Positions 52,505 through 62,055 of a DNA stretch of 64,000 nt are shown piece after piece. Source of the stretch: an uncultured Gammaproteobacteria bacterium (GTDB lineage Bacteria; Pseudomonadota; Gammaproteobacteria; Steroidobacterales; Rariloculaceae); contig OY969712.1 of the NCBI GenBank assembly GCA_963702105.1, positions 4,617,971-4,681,970 of the forward strand. The letters run 5' to 3'. The notes beneath the pieces are model-generated. The model had not been told where the DNA came from and made no database searches. It was given only the letters and a program-made list of their open reading frames with translations. A program made the position numbers and the translations under genes. Within the stretch, counting starts at the first letter, position 1. Every line of letters begins with the position of its first letter.

Positions 52505-54846
52505 GTTGCACCTCCTGCCTCGTCCGAAAGCAGCACTTCGTAGTCCCGACCTTCCCAGCGATTCTCGCCGAGCCAATAGAACGTGAACTGAACCTGCGTG
52601 CCGGCGGCCAAGGCCGCGGTTGGGAGCTCGGCCGCGAAAACTCCGAGCCCGGTATCCAAGGTCTCGGCCTCGGCAACCTCGTGCCAGCCGTCTCTGCCCC
52701 AGTGGACGCGCGCCGGCGACAGCAGCGCAATCGTGAGATCCGCGCCCGCGCGCAGCCGACGCGGACGGCAGCGCGGGCCCCACAGGTTGAAGCTCGCATC
52801 CGGCCGCGCGCCGCGGTAGCGGTTCCACGTCGCCGTGGGACGGTCCACGGGGTACCCGCGCGCCCGGCTGTAGCACAGTTTGATGAACTCGCTATGCGCC
52901 CAGACGAGCGGCATGGCGGAGCCGCTCGGCTTGCCCGGCTCCAAATGCCGCTCGGGGATCGGCGCGCTATCCCAGACCTGCTCGGGCAGCAGCCCGCCGG
53001 GGCCCGTCATGGCCGCCATGGCCTCGAGGAACGGCAGCGCGTCCGCACCCGCCGCGAGGGCGTAGTGGCCGCGCTCGCCGGTCAGCAAGGGCCAGCCGCG
53101 TCCCGAGCCCGTGCCGTCGAAGCCGCTGCCGTCCTCGTGCTCGCCGTAACCGTCGCCGTTGTAGCGATGCCAGACCGGGCCGGCCGGCGTGTCGGTTCGC
53201 AGCAGGGCGTCGATCACTTTGAGAGTGTTCAGGATGCACGGGTCGTCCGGACGGCGCAGGCCGTACCGGACGAGCTGCAGAAAGTCCGTCGCGACCTGCT
53301 CCTCGGCGGGCAGATTCGGATCGATGGCGCGGTTCTTGATCATGACTCGCTCGGCCATCGCACCCTCGTGCACGAGCGCATCGGTCGGCGCCGTGCGCAC
53401 GTAGTAGCCGCCGACGTCCAACCTGCGCGCCAGCGCCGAGCCTTCGACATAGGCCCAGTCCTCTATATGGCAGTTCCAGCTGTCGGCCAGGCGCAGGGCG
53501 AACTCCCGGCCGGGATCGTCGAGAAAAGCGCTGCCTTCGACGAGCGCCGCGATCGCGACGGCGAGCGTGAAGGTGTTGATGCCCGCATCCTCCTCCCACC
53601 GGTCTTGACCGGTGGCAGGGCCTTCGCGCGCAATGAACCGCAGCGCTCGAAGGACCATGTCTTTGACGGGAATGCCGTCGAGGGCACCGCGTTGCTTGAG
53701 CGCGGCGGCCAGGAGCACCGGGAAGGCCGTCTCGTCGAGCTGGATGCCCTGCCAGAACGGCGTGCCTCCGAGCCACTGATTCTGCAGCCAGTGGCCGTTC
53801 TCCTGCTGCGTGGCGATCAAGTAACGCAGCACGTCGCGGGCGTCCTCGACCGCATCCATGGCGAGCAGCGCCCCGGCCGTCTCGAGCAGATCGCGCGTCC
53901 AGACGAGATGGTAGCCGCCGCGGCTCTGGCTTTCGTCGCCCCATGGAATGGAGAGGCTCGCGACGGTCGCGCCGCAGAAGGTTCGGTCCTGATGCACCTT
54001 GAGCACCGTCGCCGACAGCTCGAGCAGCTCCCGGAGCGGCGCAGGCAAGGCCGGGAACTCGCGCTCCGCGAGCCACTGGTCCCAGGCGCGGCTCTGCGCT
54101 TCCCAGACGGAGCCGAAGTTCTGCATGATTCCCGAGACGGCCAACGTGGCGGCCGCGATTCTGCTGGTTCCGAAACCGAGGGCGAGCGTCCCCTCGGGCG
54201 GCAGCTCCCCCGTCATCGTCACGGCCCCGGGCCCTGCGCTGTCGTACTCCCACGTCATTCGCCCATGGCGCGCGAAGTCCTGCCAGCCGTCGCTCTCCTC
54301 GAGACAGCCGACCGAGCACCGTCGCCAGCCGTCGGCGCCCTGGCTGTCGACGGCGACGACGGCGACCCCGAACGGACCCTGTTCGCCCCACAGGACGGGC
54401 CGGCCATCGTGTTTCTCTGCAAACGCTCGATTGGCAGCGGCATCCTCGCCGAGCCGCAGCGCAATCAATGCATACGGGCGCAAATCGGCCTCGCCCGAAA
54501 GCTCGTACGACAGCAGGAGGACGTCGCGGTGCTGCGACGGGCAAATCCGCAGCGTGAACGTGAATCTCGGATGCCGATGAACGATCCGCACTGCGGGCAC
54601 GCCCGGCTTGGCCAATGTCACTTCGTAATTCCGGTTGCGCCGCAGCTCGACCCAGAAGCCCTTGTCGTCGGCGACGATGAATCCGAGGTCTTTGATCTGG
54701 GGGATGTCGATGCGCGGATAATAGAGTTCCGTAACGATGCCTTCGGCGACCGTGAACCAAAGGCGCGAGGAGCCGAGGCTCGTGCCGACCATGTCTTTGG
54801 CCGCAGTGGCCCAGGTCGGGTGAGGATCAGACGTTGGTGCTTGCAT
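52501..54846 (-). CDS. GH15 glucoamylase-family glycoside hydrolase (bacterial type, extended C-terminus)
   Basis: 781 aa. ..YYPRIDIPQIKDL.., ..GGYHLVWTRDL.., ..DRWEEDAGINTFT.., ..LPEQVWD... Confidence 0.85.
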   Translation of the reverse strand: MQAPTSDPHPTWATAAKDMVGTSLGSSRLWFTVAEGIVTELYYPRIDIPQIKDLGFIVADDKGFWVELRRNRNYEVTLAKPGVPAVRIVHRHPRFTFTLRICPSQHRDVLLLSYELSGEADLRPYALIALRLGEDAAANRAFAEKHDGRPVLWGEQGPFGVAVVAVDSQGADGWRRCSVGCLEESDGWQDFARHGRMTWEYDSAGPGAVTMTGELPPEGTLALGFGTSRIAAATLAVSGIMQNFGSVWEAQSRAWDQWLAEREFPALPAPLRELLELSATVLKVHQDRTFCGATVASLSIPWGDESQSRGGYHLVWTRDLLETAGALLAMDAVEDARDVLRYLIATQQENGHWLQNQWLGGTPFWQGIQLDETAFPVLLAAALKQRGALDGIPVKDMVLRALRFIAREGPATGQDRWEEDAGINTFTLAVAIAALVEGSAFLDDPGREFALRLADSWNCHIEDWAYVEGSALARRLDVGGYYVRTAPTDALVHEGAMAERVMIKNRAIDPNLPAEEQVATDFLQLVRYGLRRPDDPCILNTLKVIDALLRTDTPAGPVWHRYNGDGYGEHEDGSGFDGTGSGRGWPLLTGERGHYALAAGADALPFLEAMAAMTGPGGLLPEQVWDSAPIPERHLEPGKPSGSAMPLVWAHSEFIKLCYSRARGYPVDRPTATWNRYRGARPDASFNLWGPRCRPRRLRAGADLTIALLSPARVHWGRDGWHEVAEAETLDTGLGVFAAELPTAALAAGTQVQFTFYWLGENRWEGRDYEVLLSDEAGGAT

Positions 54847-55675
54847 CGTGCCTCGGGTTCCTGCCGTGAAAAACGCCGTATCGATCGTGCGCGAAGTGAT
54901 AGACCTTCGCCACCTCGATTTCCCATGGGAAGCGCGGAATGAGCCGGACGGCGGCGACGCCGAGCAGAGCGCCCGCCAGAGGACCGAGCCAATACACCCA
55001 CCACGCGGACCACTCGCCGGCGATCAGCGCCGGGCCGAAGCTGCGTGCCGGATTCGTGCTCGTGCCCGAGACGGGCGCCTCGAGGAAGACCATGAGCGCG
55101 TAGAGCACGGGGAAAAGCGCCGGCGTGAAGTTCCGCAGGCGGGGACGCTGCAGAAAATAGAACAGCCCGATGATGAGCAGCGAGGTCGTCACGGCCTCCC
55201 CGAGCACGGCGGCGGCCTCGCCGTAGTTTGCGCCGGGCAGCGTCGCGCCGAAAGCGACGCTGCGTCCCATGCCGCCCCATGCGAGCAGGGGGACGCAGCC
55301 CAGAGCGGCGCCGAGCAGCTGCGCGACGGTGTAGCCGAGGCCGTGGCGCGGCCGCAGCTTGCCCATGAGCACGAATCCCAGCGTTACGACGGGGTTCAAA
55401 TGAGCACCGCTCTCCTTGCCGAGCGGCGACAACGCGATCAGAGCGCCGGTCGTCCCGAACAGGAAACCGGTGATCAAGCGACGGAGCCCGGGCGGCGGCA
55501 GCGCGCTGACGACCGCGCTGCCGCGGCCGAAATCCGCGATGACGAAGGACAAGCCTACCCCTAGCAGCAGGGCCGTGCCGGCCAACTCCGCACCGTACAC
55601 GAGCCATGGGAACGGGGGATCCTCGGCTTCCGCATCAGCCACCTCGCACTCGACCCCGACAGCGTCCCGAACCAT
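54827..55675 (-). CDS. MIP/aquaporin-family channel
   Basis: ATG 55675 in ORF 54827..55831. HLNPVVT and TNPARS (NPA-type) motifs. The 3' end overlaps the GH15 start by 20 nt. Confidence 0.8.
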   Translation of the reverse strand: MVRDAVGVECEVADAEAEDPPFPWLVYGAELAGTALLLGVGLSFVIADFGRGSAVVSALPPPGLRRLITGFLFGTTGALIALSPLGKESGAHLNPVVTLGFVLMGKLRPRHGLGYTVAQLLGAALGCVPLLAWGGMGRSVAFGATLPGANYGEAAAVLGEAVTTSLLIIGLFYFLQRPRLRNFTPALFPVLYALMVFLEAPVSGTSTNPARSFGPALIAGEWSAWWVYWLGPLAGALLGVAAVRLIPRFPWEIEVAKVYHFAHDRYGVFHGRNPRHDASTNV

Positions 55676-55910
55676 GACGTGCTCGCCACCCGATCTACTA
55701 CGCTCGCGCGGCCGGCCCGCCACGGGCAGAAGGTCGTGCGTCTCCGTATTGTCGCCCCGGCGGGGCGCGCGTGCGACTGCTCGACGCCGGCAAGCCGGCG
55801 GCCTCACCCGATGCAACTTATCGAGCCTCACGCCCTCGAAAAGTCAGAGACCCGTGGACCTGGCAGCCCGGGCGGCGGGCTATTCGTCCAACGTTGTGGA
55901 GGACTGTTCC

Positions 55911-56567
55911 ATGAGCTCGAGCAGTGATGCCGCCGTCGATCGGCTTGGGGCACACAGTTCGGAGCGACGGCGCTTCCTGACGGCCGCGGCCACCGTCGCG
56001 GGTGTCGTCGGCGTCGCCGCCGCTGCGGTGCCGTTCGTCGAGTCGTTCGAGCCCAGCGCTCGGTCCTTCGCCGAGAGCGCGCCCGTAGACATCGACGTCA
56101 GCAAGCTCGCAGAAGGGCAGATGGTCAGCTTCCTTTGGCGGCACAAACCCGTCTGGGTAGTGCGCCGGACGCAGAAGCAGCTCACCGAGCTACCCAAGCT
56201 CAACGGCATGCTCAAGGATCCGTTATCCAAGTCGGCCCAACAGCCCCCGGGGCTGGCGCACTGGAATCCCGTGCAGCGCTCGATCAAGCCCGAGTACTTC
56301 GTGGTCGTCGGCATCTGCACGCACCTCGGCTGCGTGCCGGACTACCATCCGAATGCAGGTGTGGCCGGGCTCGGACCGGACTGGCCCGGCGGGTTCCTGT
56401 GCCCGTGCCACGGCTCGCGCTACGACCTCGCGGGCCGCGTCATGGACGGTTCACCGGCGCCCCTCAACCTGCCCGTGCCGCCGCACTTTTACATGAGCGC
56501 CGGCGTCATCCGCACGGGCGTGCTCGAAGACGGCGGCGACAAAAATTGGTCGCCGCAGACCTGGTGA
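55911..56567 (+). CDS. petA: ubiquinol-cytochrome c reductase Rieske iron-sulfur subunit homologue (stand-alone)
   Basis: ATG 55911 preceded by GGAGGA. Tat-type [13 protein letters not shown] anchor. [15 protein letters not shown] Rieske box. No petB/petC follow. Confidence 0.8.
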   Translation: MSSSSDAAVDRLGAHSSERRRFLTAAATVAGVVGVAAAAVPFVESFEPSARSFAESAPVDIDVSKLAEGQMVSFLWRHKPVWVVRRTQKQLTELPKLNGMLKDPLSKSAQQPPGLAHWNPVQRSIKPEYFVVVGICTHLGCVPDYHPNAGVAGLGPDWPGGFLCPCHGSRYDLAGRVMDGSPAPLNLPVPPHFYMSAGVIRTGVLEDGGDKNWSPQTW

Positions 56568-56663
56568 GCCGGAGCGCGAACGTGCCCCGCGATCTCCGGT
56601 CGGCCGCAACGAGGCTGTCAACCTGATGGCCCTTCGGCCGTTCTATCCTTGGAGGTGGCTCAT

Positions 56664-57131
56664 ATGAAAACACTTGGGTTGGCTCTCTTCGGAATGCTCG
56701 CCATGGCCGCTCTCCCGGCCCAGGCACACCGCGGCTTCCATGGGCATTCGTTCGTGGGGATCGGGATCGGCTTCGGCGGCGTGCCCGCCTACGCGCCATA
56801 CTCCTGGTACGGACCCTACTCCTGGTACGGGCCCTGGTCGTATCCATACGCTGAACCGTACGGGTGGTACGGCTACACGCCCTTTCCACGCAATCCGGAG
56901 GCGCGGAGCACCAAGAACGAAACGGCGCCGGAAAAGCTGTTCGTCTATCCGGCCGCCGGGCAGACCGCCGCGCAGACGGAGCAGGATCGCAAGGCGTGCG
57001 GCGATTGGGCGACGGGACAGACAGGATTCGACCCGACGAATGCGACCAAGCGGGCGAAGGCACAGCACCTCGGCGATTACGACCGCGCGTTCATCGCGTG
57101 CATGGAAGGGCGAAAGTACACCGTGAAGTGA
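56664..57131 (+). CDS. secreted aromatic/Gly-rich hypothetical protein
   Basis: ATG 56664 preceded by GGAGG. Signal MKTLGLALFGMLAMAALPAQA. PYSWYG repeats. C-terminal ..CGDWA..YDRAFIACMEGRKYTV. Confidence 0.55.
   Translation: MKTLGLALFGMLAMAALPAQAHRGFHGHSFVGIGIGFGGVPAYAPYSWYGPYSWYGPWSYPYAEPYGWYGYTPFPRNPEARSTKNETAPEKLFVYPAAGQTAAQTEQDRKACGDWATGQTGFDPTNATKRAKAQHLGDYDRAFIACMEGRKYTVK
56796..56831 (+). repeat. in-frame 18-nt tandem repeat (PYSWYG x2)
   Basis: CCATACTCCTGGTACGGA / CCCTACTCCTGGTACGGG, 15-16 of 18 identical. Confidence 0.75.
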
Positions 57132-57398
57132 CGGGCCCGCGAAGCCGCTCCGCCATCGCGCTTCGTCGCGCTGTCGCAGGAGCGGCCTCGGCCGCAGGCC
57201 GGGGCTCGCCGATATGACCCAACCCCCATAGCGGCGTCGCGTCTCTACAGAACAGGCCGCGCGCGGCTGCCCTAGAATTGCCCATAGTCGGTAGAGAAGA
57301 GCCCCGGCCGACTGTTCCCGCTCGCCCGCCCCCGGCGCGGCCGACCGTGCTGTTAGAGCCGAGCGACGCGAGCTGTTCCGCGGGCAAACGGAGGACGC

Positions 57399-58412
57399 AT
57401 GGCGCGCATAGTTCTCGGTCTTTGGACCACGCATGGCCCGCAGCTCAGCACGACGCCGGAGGAGTGGATGCTGCGGGTGCCCGCCGACAAGTCGCGGCGG
57501 CACTGGTACAAGGGCAGGCAGTACTCGTTCGACGAGCTCGTCGCGCTGCGCCGGAACGAGCACCTGGAGCGGCAGATCACGCTCGAGGTGCAGACCGCGC
57601 GTCACGCGGCGTGCCAAGCGGCGATCGACCGGCTCGCCGACATCTGGGCAGAGGTCGAGCCCGACTGCTGCGTGATCTTCGGCAACGACCAGCGCGAGCT
57701 CATGTTGCCGGCGCTGCAGCCCGCCTACACCGTCTACTACGGTGAGACGTTTTGGAACGGCCCGATCCCCGAACGGCGCCTGGCCGGGCTGCCGCGGGGC
57801 ATTCGCGAGGCGGAATGGGCCAACCGGCCGGAGCGGCGCACCGATTATCCGGGCCTTCCGGATCTGGCCGGCCTGCTGTTCGCGGCGGGACAGGAAGAGG
57901 GTTGGGACTTCGCGGCGTCGGAGAGCTGGCCCGAGCACGAGCCCGACCATCACCACGCTGGAACGCCTCACGCGTTCGCGTTCATCCTCCGCCGCGTGAT
58001 GCGCGATCGTCCCATTCCGACCTTACCGATCATCACGAACACGTTCTTCCGGCCGAACCAGCCGCGGCCGTGGCGTTGTTTCGATCTGGGTCGGCTCGTC
58101 CACAAGGTCGTTTCGAGCTGGGACACGGACATGCGGGTCGCGATCGTAGGCTCCGGCGGCATGTCCCATTTCGTCATCAACGAGGAGTTCGACGCGTCCC
58201 TCATCGAAGCGATTGCCGAGCGCGACGAAGCTTTCCTGCGCGCCATAGACCCCCGCCTGCTGCAGGACGGCACCTCCGAGCTCCTCAATTGGATCTCGGC
58301 GGCCGGGTGCCTTTTCGGTACCGACTTGCGGGGCGAGCTCCTGGATTACCTGCCGTGCTATCGCACGGAAGCCGGCAGCGGCACGGCGCAGGGCTTCGTT
58401 ACCTGGAAGTAG
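57399..58412 (+). CDS. class III extradiol ring-cleavage dioxygenase (LigB family)
   Basis: 337 aa. MARIVLGLWTTHGPQL.., ..VIFGNDQRE.., ..GSGGMSHF.. is a LigB-type pattern. Confidence 0.65.
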   Translation: MARIVLGLWTTHGPQLSTTPEEWMLRVPADKSRRHWYKGRQYSFDELVALRRNEHLERQITLEVQTARHAACQAAIDRLADIWAEVEPDCCVIFGNDQRELMLPALQPAYTVYYGETFWNGPIPERRLAGLPRGIREAEWANRPERRTDYPGLPDLAGLLFAAGQEEGWDFAASESWPEHEPDHHHAGTPHAFAFILRRVMRDRPIPTLPIITNTFFRPNQPRPWRCFDLGRLVHKVVSSWDTDMRVAIVGSGGMSHFVINEEFDASLIEAIAERDEAFLRAIDPRLLQDGTSELLNWISAAGCLFGTDLRGELLDYLPCYRTEAGSGTAQGFVTWK

Positions 58413-59412
58413 GGAGCCCGAAAAGAGCCCGCACGTTGTCTTCGAGAATCTTCTGCTTGTCCTCGGCCGACAGCCAGTCGAACTGCCGAATCAGCGGCAC
58501 GATGTCGTCGAAGGTCGAGCCGGTATCCGGATTAACGGCGGAGCCGACGCCCGGGCATTCCGCACCGTAAAGCACGCGGTCGGGGCCGACGGTCTTGATC
58601 AGCAGCTCGAGCGCGTCGGCCGTATAGAGCACGGTATCGTAATAGAGCTTGCGCATGCGGTCCCTGAAACGCTGCCCCCCGCGCCTCGTCGAAGCGGAGT
58701 CGAAGCGGCCGAGCTGATAGGGAATCGCGCCGCCGCCGTGCGACGCGAGGACCTTGAGATTGGGGAAGTCGTCGAGGACGGTCGAGCTCACGAGGCCGTA
58801 CACGGCCGTCGTCTCTTCGTTGATGAAGTGAAGCGTGTAGGGCTCGCGCTCGGGCTCCCTCGAGCCCGTCGCGTGGATGTGTGCCACGACATCGAGGTCG
58901 CACAGCTTCTCGTAAAGCGGATACCAGTAGCGGTCGCCGAGCGGCGGCGCCTTGACCCCGCCGTTCTCGTAAGGGTCCGGGTTCAGCAGGCAACCCTTCA
59001 TGCCGAGCTCATTGACGCAGCGCTCGAGCTCGGGCAGGCAGTCTTCGATAGGCGCTCCGCCGCACTGCGGCAGACCCGCTACGCCGAAGAACTTCTCCGG
59101 CATCAACTGGCAGCTTCGATGGATCAGGTCATTCGTCACGCGCGTCCAGTCGTGCACGATCTTCGCCGGGCGCTCCGAATGCATCATTTGAAACGGCCGC
59201 GGCGAGACGCACTGGATATCGATGCCGCAGGCCTTCATGTGATCGAGATGTCCGGTCGGCGCCATCTCCTTCGCGTTCCAGGCTTCGAGAATGTCCGCAT
59301 CGCTGAGCCGCGGCCCCGCGCTCCCGTGGCTGCCCCGGTGCGAAATCAGGCCCGCCTTGTAGGCCCAGTAGGCTTTGGGGCCGGAAACGTGTGCGTGACA
59401 GTCGATGATCAT
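58399..59412 (-). CDS. amidohydrolase-2 family hydratase, 4-oxalomesaconate hydratase (LigJ)-like
   Basis: 337 aa. MIIDCHAHV.., ..LLNPDPYENGGVKAPPLGDRYWYPLYEKLCDLDV.AHIHATGS.., ..SHGGGAIPYQLGRF.. closely recalls LigJ as I remember it. Confidence 0.6.
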   Translation of the reverse strand: MIIDCHAHVSGPKAYWAYKAGLISHRGSHGSAGPRLSDADILEAWNAKEMAPTGHLDHMKACGIDIQCVSPRPFQMMHSERPAKIVHDWTRVTNDLIHRSCQLMPEKFFGVAGLPQCGGAPIEDCLPELERCVNELGMKGCLLNPDPYENGGVKAPPLGDRYWYPLYEKLCDLDVVAHIHATGSREPEREPYTLHFINEETTAVYGLVSSTVLDDFPNLKVLASHGGGAIPYQLGRFDSASTRRGGQRFRDRMRKLYYDTVLYTADALELLIKTVGPDRVLYGAECPGVGSAVNPDTGSTFDDIVPLIRQFDWLSAEDKQKILEDNVRALFGLPTSR

Positions 59413-59525
59413 CCGTTCGTTCTCCTTCGGCGTAGCCGCAAGCCTTTCGGCGCCTCCGGGCGGCGCGCCCGCTCAGCGGCGCGCATCGGCGCACATGCCG
59501 GGGCGCGGCGGCCGCAGGCCGGCCT

Positions 59526-60365
59526 TCAATGGCCTACCATGTGGTACTGATCGAGATTGTTGTCCTGGCAGAAGTACTCGATGATGTCCTCGTCCGCTTT
59601 CCAGGACTTGGTCCACGTGGCCGTCCAAGGCCGCGTGTAAGCGAGCGGATCGTCGATCGTGACCTGGTACCTCAGCGTATCGTGGTCGGGCCGCGAGATC
59701 CGCTCGATGAGGTGCAGCGCTTCGGTGTGCGGAAAGCCTTCTCTATGCATCCAGAACCGCTCGTTGAACCCCACCGTGTCCACGACGAGCGTGTCGCCCT
59801 CCCAGTGTCCCACCGAGTGGCCGAAGTAACTCGGCGTGAACGTTTCCGGATCCGGATGAGGGCGCCCGTCCATGTAAATGACCCGCCAAGGCCGCGTCGA
59901 CCCTCCCGACAGCAGGAAGATGCGCTTGATCCGCGGCACCTGAATGATCTGCAGCCCGAAAGGCACGGCAAATTGGCGCGGGCCGCCGGGCGGCGCGCAG
60001 CGCACGTGCGGATCGTCCTTTGAGAGCGTCCGCTGCCGGTAATCGTACAGCGCGCGCGCCCAGGGTCTGAACGGGATCTGATCGGGCGGAGGGTAGTCGG
60101 CCCCGCCGACCTGCGGACCCGGACCGCGGTCCCAGAAGCCGAGGCCGTCGGGACCGGGCCCGAGGTTCGGCGTGCCGTCCGGGAGGCGCGGCGTCGAATC
60201 GGCGGCGCCTTGCGTATGCACGGCGTCACGTGCAGGCAGGGTCCGCTGTCTGGTGGACCCATCGGCTCCGCTCTGAGCCGCGGCCGGCAGCACGGTCAGC
60301 GAGAGCGCTCCGAGGACGAACGGGGCGAAGACGCGTCCGAGGCCGCGACGAGCGTTCTTGCGCAT
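59526..60365 (-). CDS. secreted hypothetical protein (279 aa)
   Basis: ATG 60365 in ORF 59526..60839. Signal MRKNARRGLGRVFAPFVLGALSLTVLPAAAQ. Conserved-looking core ..RPWRVIYMDGRPHP..GHSVGHWEGDTLVVDT... No family name recalled. Confidence 0.55.
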   Translation of the reverse strand: MRKNARRGLGRVFAPFVLGALSLTVLPAAAQSGADGSTRQRTLPARDAVHTQGAADSTPRLPDGTPNLGPGPDGLGFWDRGPGPQVGGADYPPPDQIPFRPWARALYDYRQRTLSKDDPHVRCAPPGGPRQFAVPFGLQIIQVPRIKRIFLLSGGSTRPWRVIYMDGRPHPDPETFTPSYFGHSVGHWEGDTLVVDTVGFNERFWMHREGFPHTEALHLIERISRPDHDTLRYQVTIDDPLAYTRPWTATWTKSWKADEDIIEYFCQDNNLDQYHMVGH

Positions 60366-60424
60366 GCTGAAACTCTCCCTTACGGCCGGCGCAGGGTGCG
60401 CACAGTGCCTCAGTGACGCCGCGC

Positions 60425-60871
60425 TCACTCGCTCGGCTTCGGGCGCGGGCCGGGGCCGTCCACCTGGCGCTGCTCGCCGGCCGAGCGCGCGAACAGGCGC
60501 CGCCCCGTGTCGGCCATGACGACCGATTTGGCGTTCAGCGCCAAGCTGCCGTCGCGGGCGCGGATCCCGTCGACGTTCACCACGTCGCCGATGTGCAGCG
60601 TATTCCGCGACCAGCCCTGGCGCGTCAACACCACCGGCGACCCGAGCTCGCAGGCCCAGCTGTCCACCTTGCCCGTGGCCGCGTTCTTGACGTCGACGTA
60701 GAAGTAGGCATGGGGATTCAGCCAATCGATTTTGACCACCACCCCCTTGATCGAGACGGGACGGTCCTTGTCGTACTGAGCGGTAAACGCATGATGCGCA
60801 GAGGCGGGAGCGCCGGCCGTGAGGCAGACGGCGGCCCACAGAGACGCCAAAGCCGGTTTCCAGATGTTCAT
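60425..60871 (-). CDS. secreted DUF6152-like protein
   Basis: 148 aa. Signal ..CLTAGAPASA then HHAFTAQYD..IKGVVVKIDWLNPHAYFYVDV... Confidence 0.55.
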   Translation of the reverse strand: MNIWKPALASLWAAVCLTAGAPASAHHAFTAQYDKDRPVSIKGVVVKIDWLNPHAYFYVDVKNAATGKVDSWACELGSPVVLTRQGWSRNTLHIGDVVNVDGIRARDGSLALNAKSVVMADTGRRLFARSAGEQRQVDGPGPRPKPSE

Positions 60872-61010
60872 GACCTGCCTCGTTTAGAGAAGGCGCGTAG
60901 CCGAATACCCGGAATTTTATGGCACGGCACGGCGGCCTGTTTTGAATTAGCCGGGGGACGCTATGACGAATTCGCCATGGCCCGAGCTCCGCGAGCCGCG
61001 TTCGAGCCGC

Positions 61011-61952
61011 TCAGTCGATGCCGGCCCGCAGCGCCGCAACTAGGTCTTCGGCATACCGCTCGAGCACCGGGTCCGCCTTATGGAGGACGCCGACGGGCGG
61101 CGGGTTCAGCGGTATCGCAACGTCGAGCTGCGCGAGGACGCCGTTCTGGATGTCCCTGCGCAGACTTTCGGAGGGCAGCGTGCACACGAGATTCTCGTTC
61201 TCGAGCAAAATCGCGCGCACTGCGAACATCGACGCGATCTCGAACACGTTGTTGGGCAGGGAAAGGCCTTCCTGATAGAACAGCCCCTCGAGGTAGCTGC
61301 GGAACGGGTTGTTCGGGGGCGGCAGCACCCACGGATAACCCACGAGGTCTTCGAGCTTGATGTCGCTGCGGCCCGCGCACGGGTGGTCGCTGCGCACGAC
61401 GATGATGTCGCCGACGTCGTAGCTTTTGATCGCCTTGATGTCGGCGTGATCCTCGGCGACGCCCAGGCGGGCGATCAACAGGTCGATCTCGCCGAGTGCG
61501 AGGCGACGGTGCAGGTCCTTCGTACGCCCGAAGATGAGCCGGATGATCTGGTCGTCCTCGCGTTGGGCCTTGAAGCGCGTGAGCGCGCTGACCGCGACCG
61601 TATCGAGGTAGGACACGCAGCCGATGACGATGTGGGTGGACCTTTCGGCCGAGATGCGAGAAAGCTCGGCCGCGGTTCGCGCGCATTGATTGACGATCTG
61701 TCTCGCGTGCCGATACAGGATGTCGGCCGCGGGGGTCGGAGTCACGCCGCGGGTGTGACGGGCGAAGAGCTCCGTGTCGAGCACGGCCTCGATCTCGGAA
61801 ATGCTCTTAGAAACCGTGCTGTGGTCGAGCGCGAGGTCGCGGGCGGCCGCCTGTATGTTGCGATGCTCGTAAACCGCGATGTAGGCGACGAGTTGACGCA
61901 TTCGAAAGCGCGTCAGGAGCAGATGCTTGATCTCTTGCTGGCCTCTTTTCAT
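61011..61952 (-). CDS. LysR-family transcriptional regulator
   Basis: 313 aa. N-terminal HTH ..MRQLVAYIAVYEHRNIQAAARDLALDHSTVSKSI.. (an alternative start at 61901 is possible). LysR substrate-binding-type C-terminus. Confidence 0.85.
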   Translation of the reverse strand: MKRGQQEIKHLLLTRFRMRQLVAYIAVYEHRNIQAAARDLALDHSTVSKSISEIEAVLDTELFARHTRGVTPTPAADILYRHARQIVNQCARTAAELSRISAERSTHIVIGCVSYLDTVAVSALTRFKAQREDDQIIRLIFGRTKDLHRRLALGEIDLLIARLGVAEDHADIKAIKSYDVGDIIVVRSDHPCAGRSDIKLEDLVGYPWVLPPPNNPFRSYLEGLFYQEGLSLPNNVFEIASMFAVRAILLENENLVCTLPSESLRRDIQNGVLAQLDVAIPLNPPPVGVLHKADPVLERYAEDLVAALRAGID

Positions 61953-62055
61953 CGGTTACCGTCGATGCGCTGTATGTCGATGTGGCGACATTACCAGAGG
62001 AAGGGTACGCCGATGTACTGAGGCCCGGTTTGCCTACGCGGCGGGCTCGCGGCGG

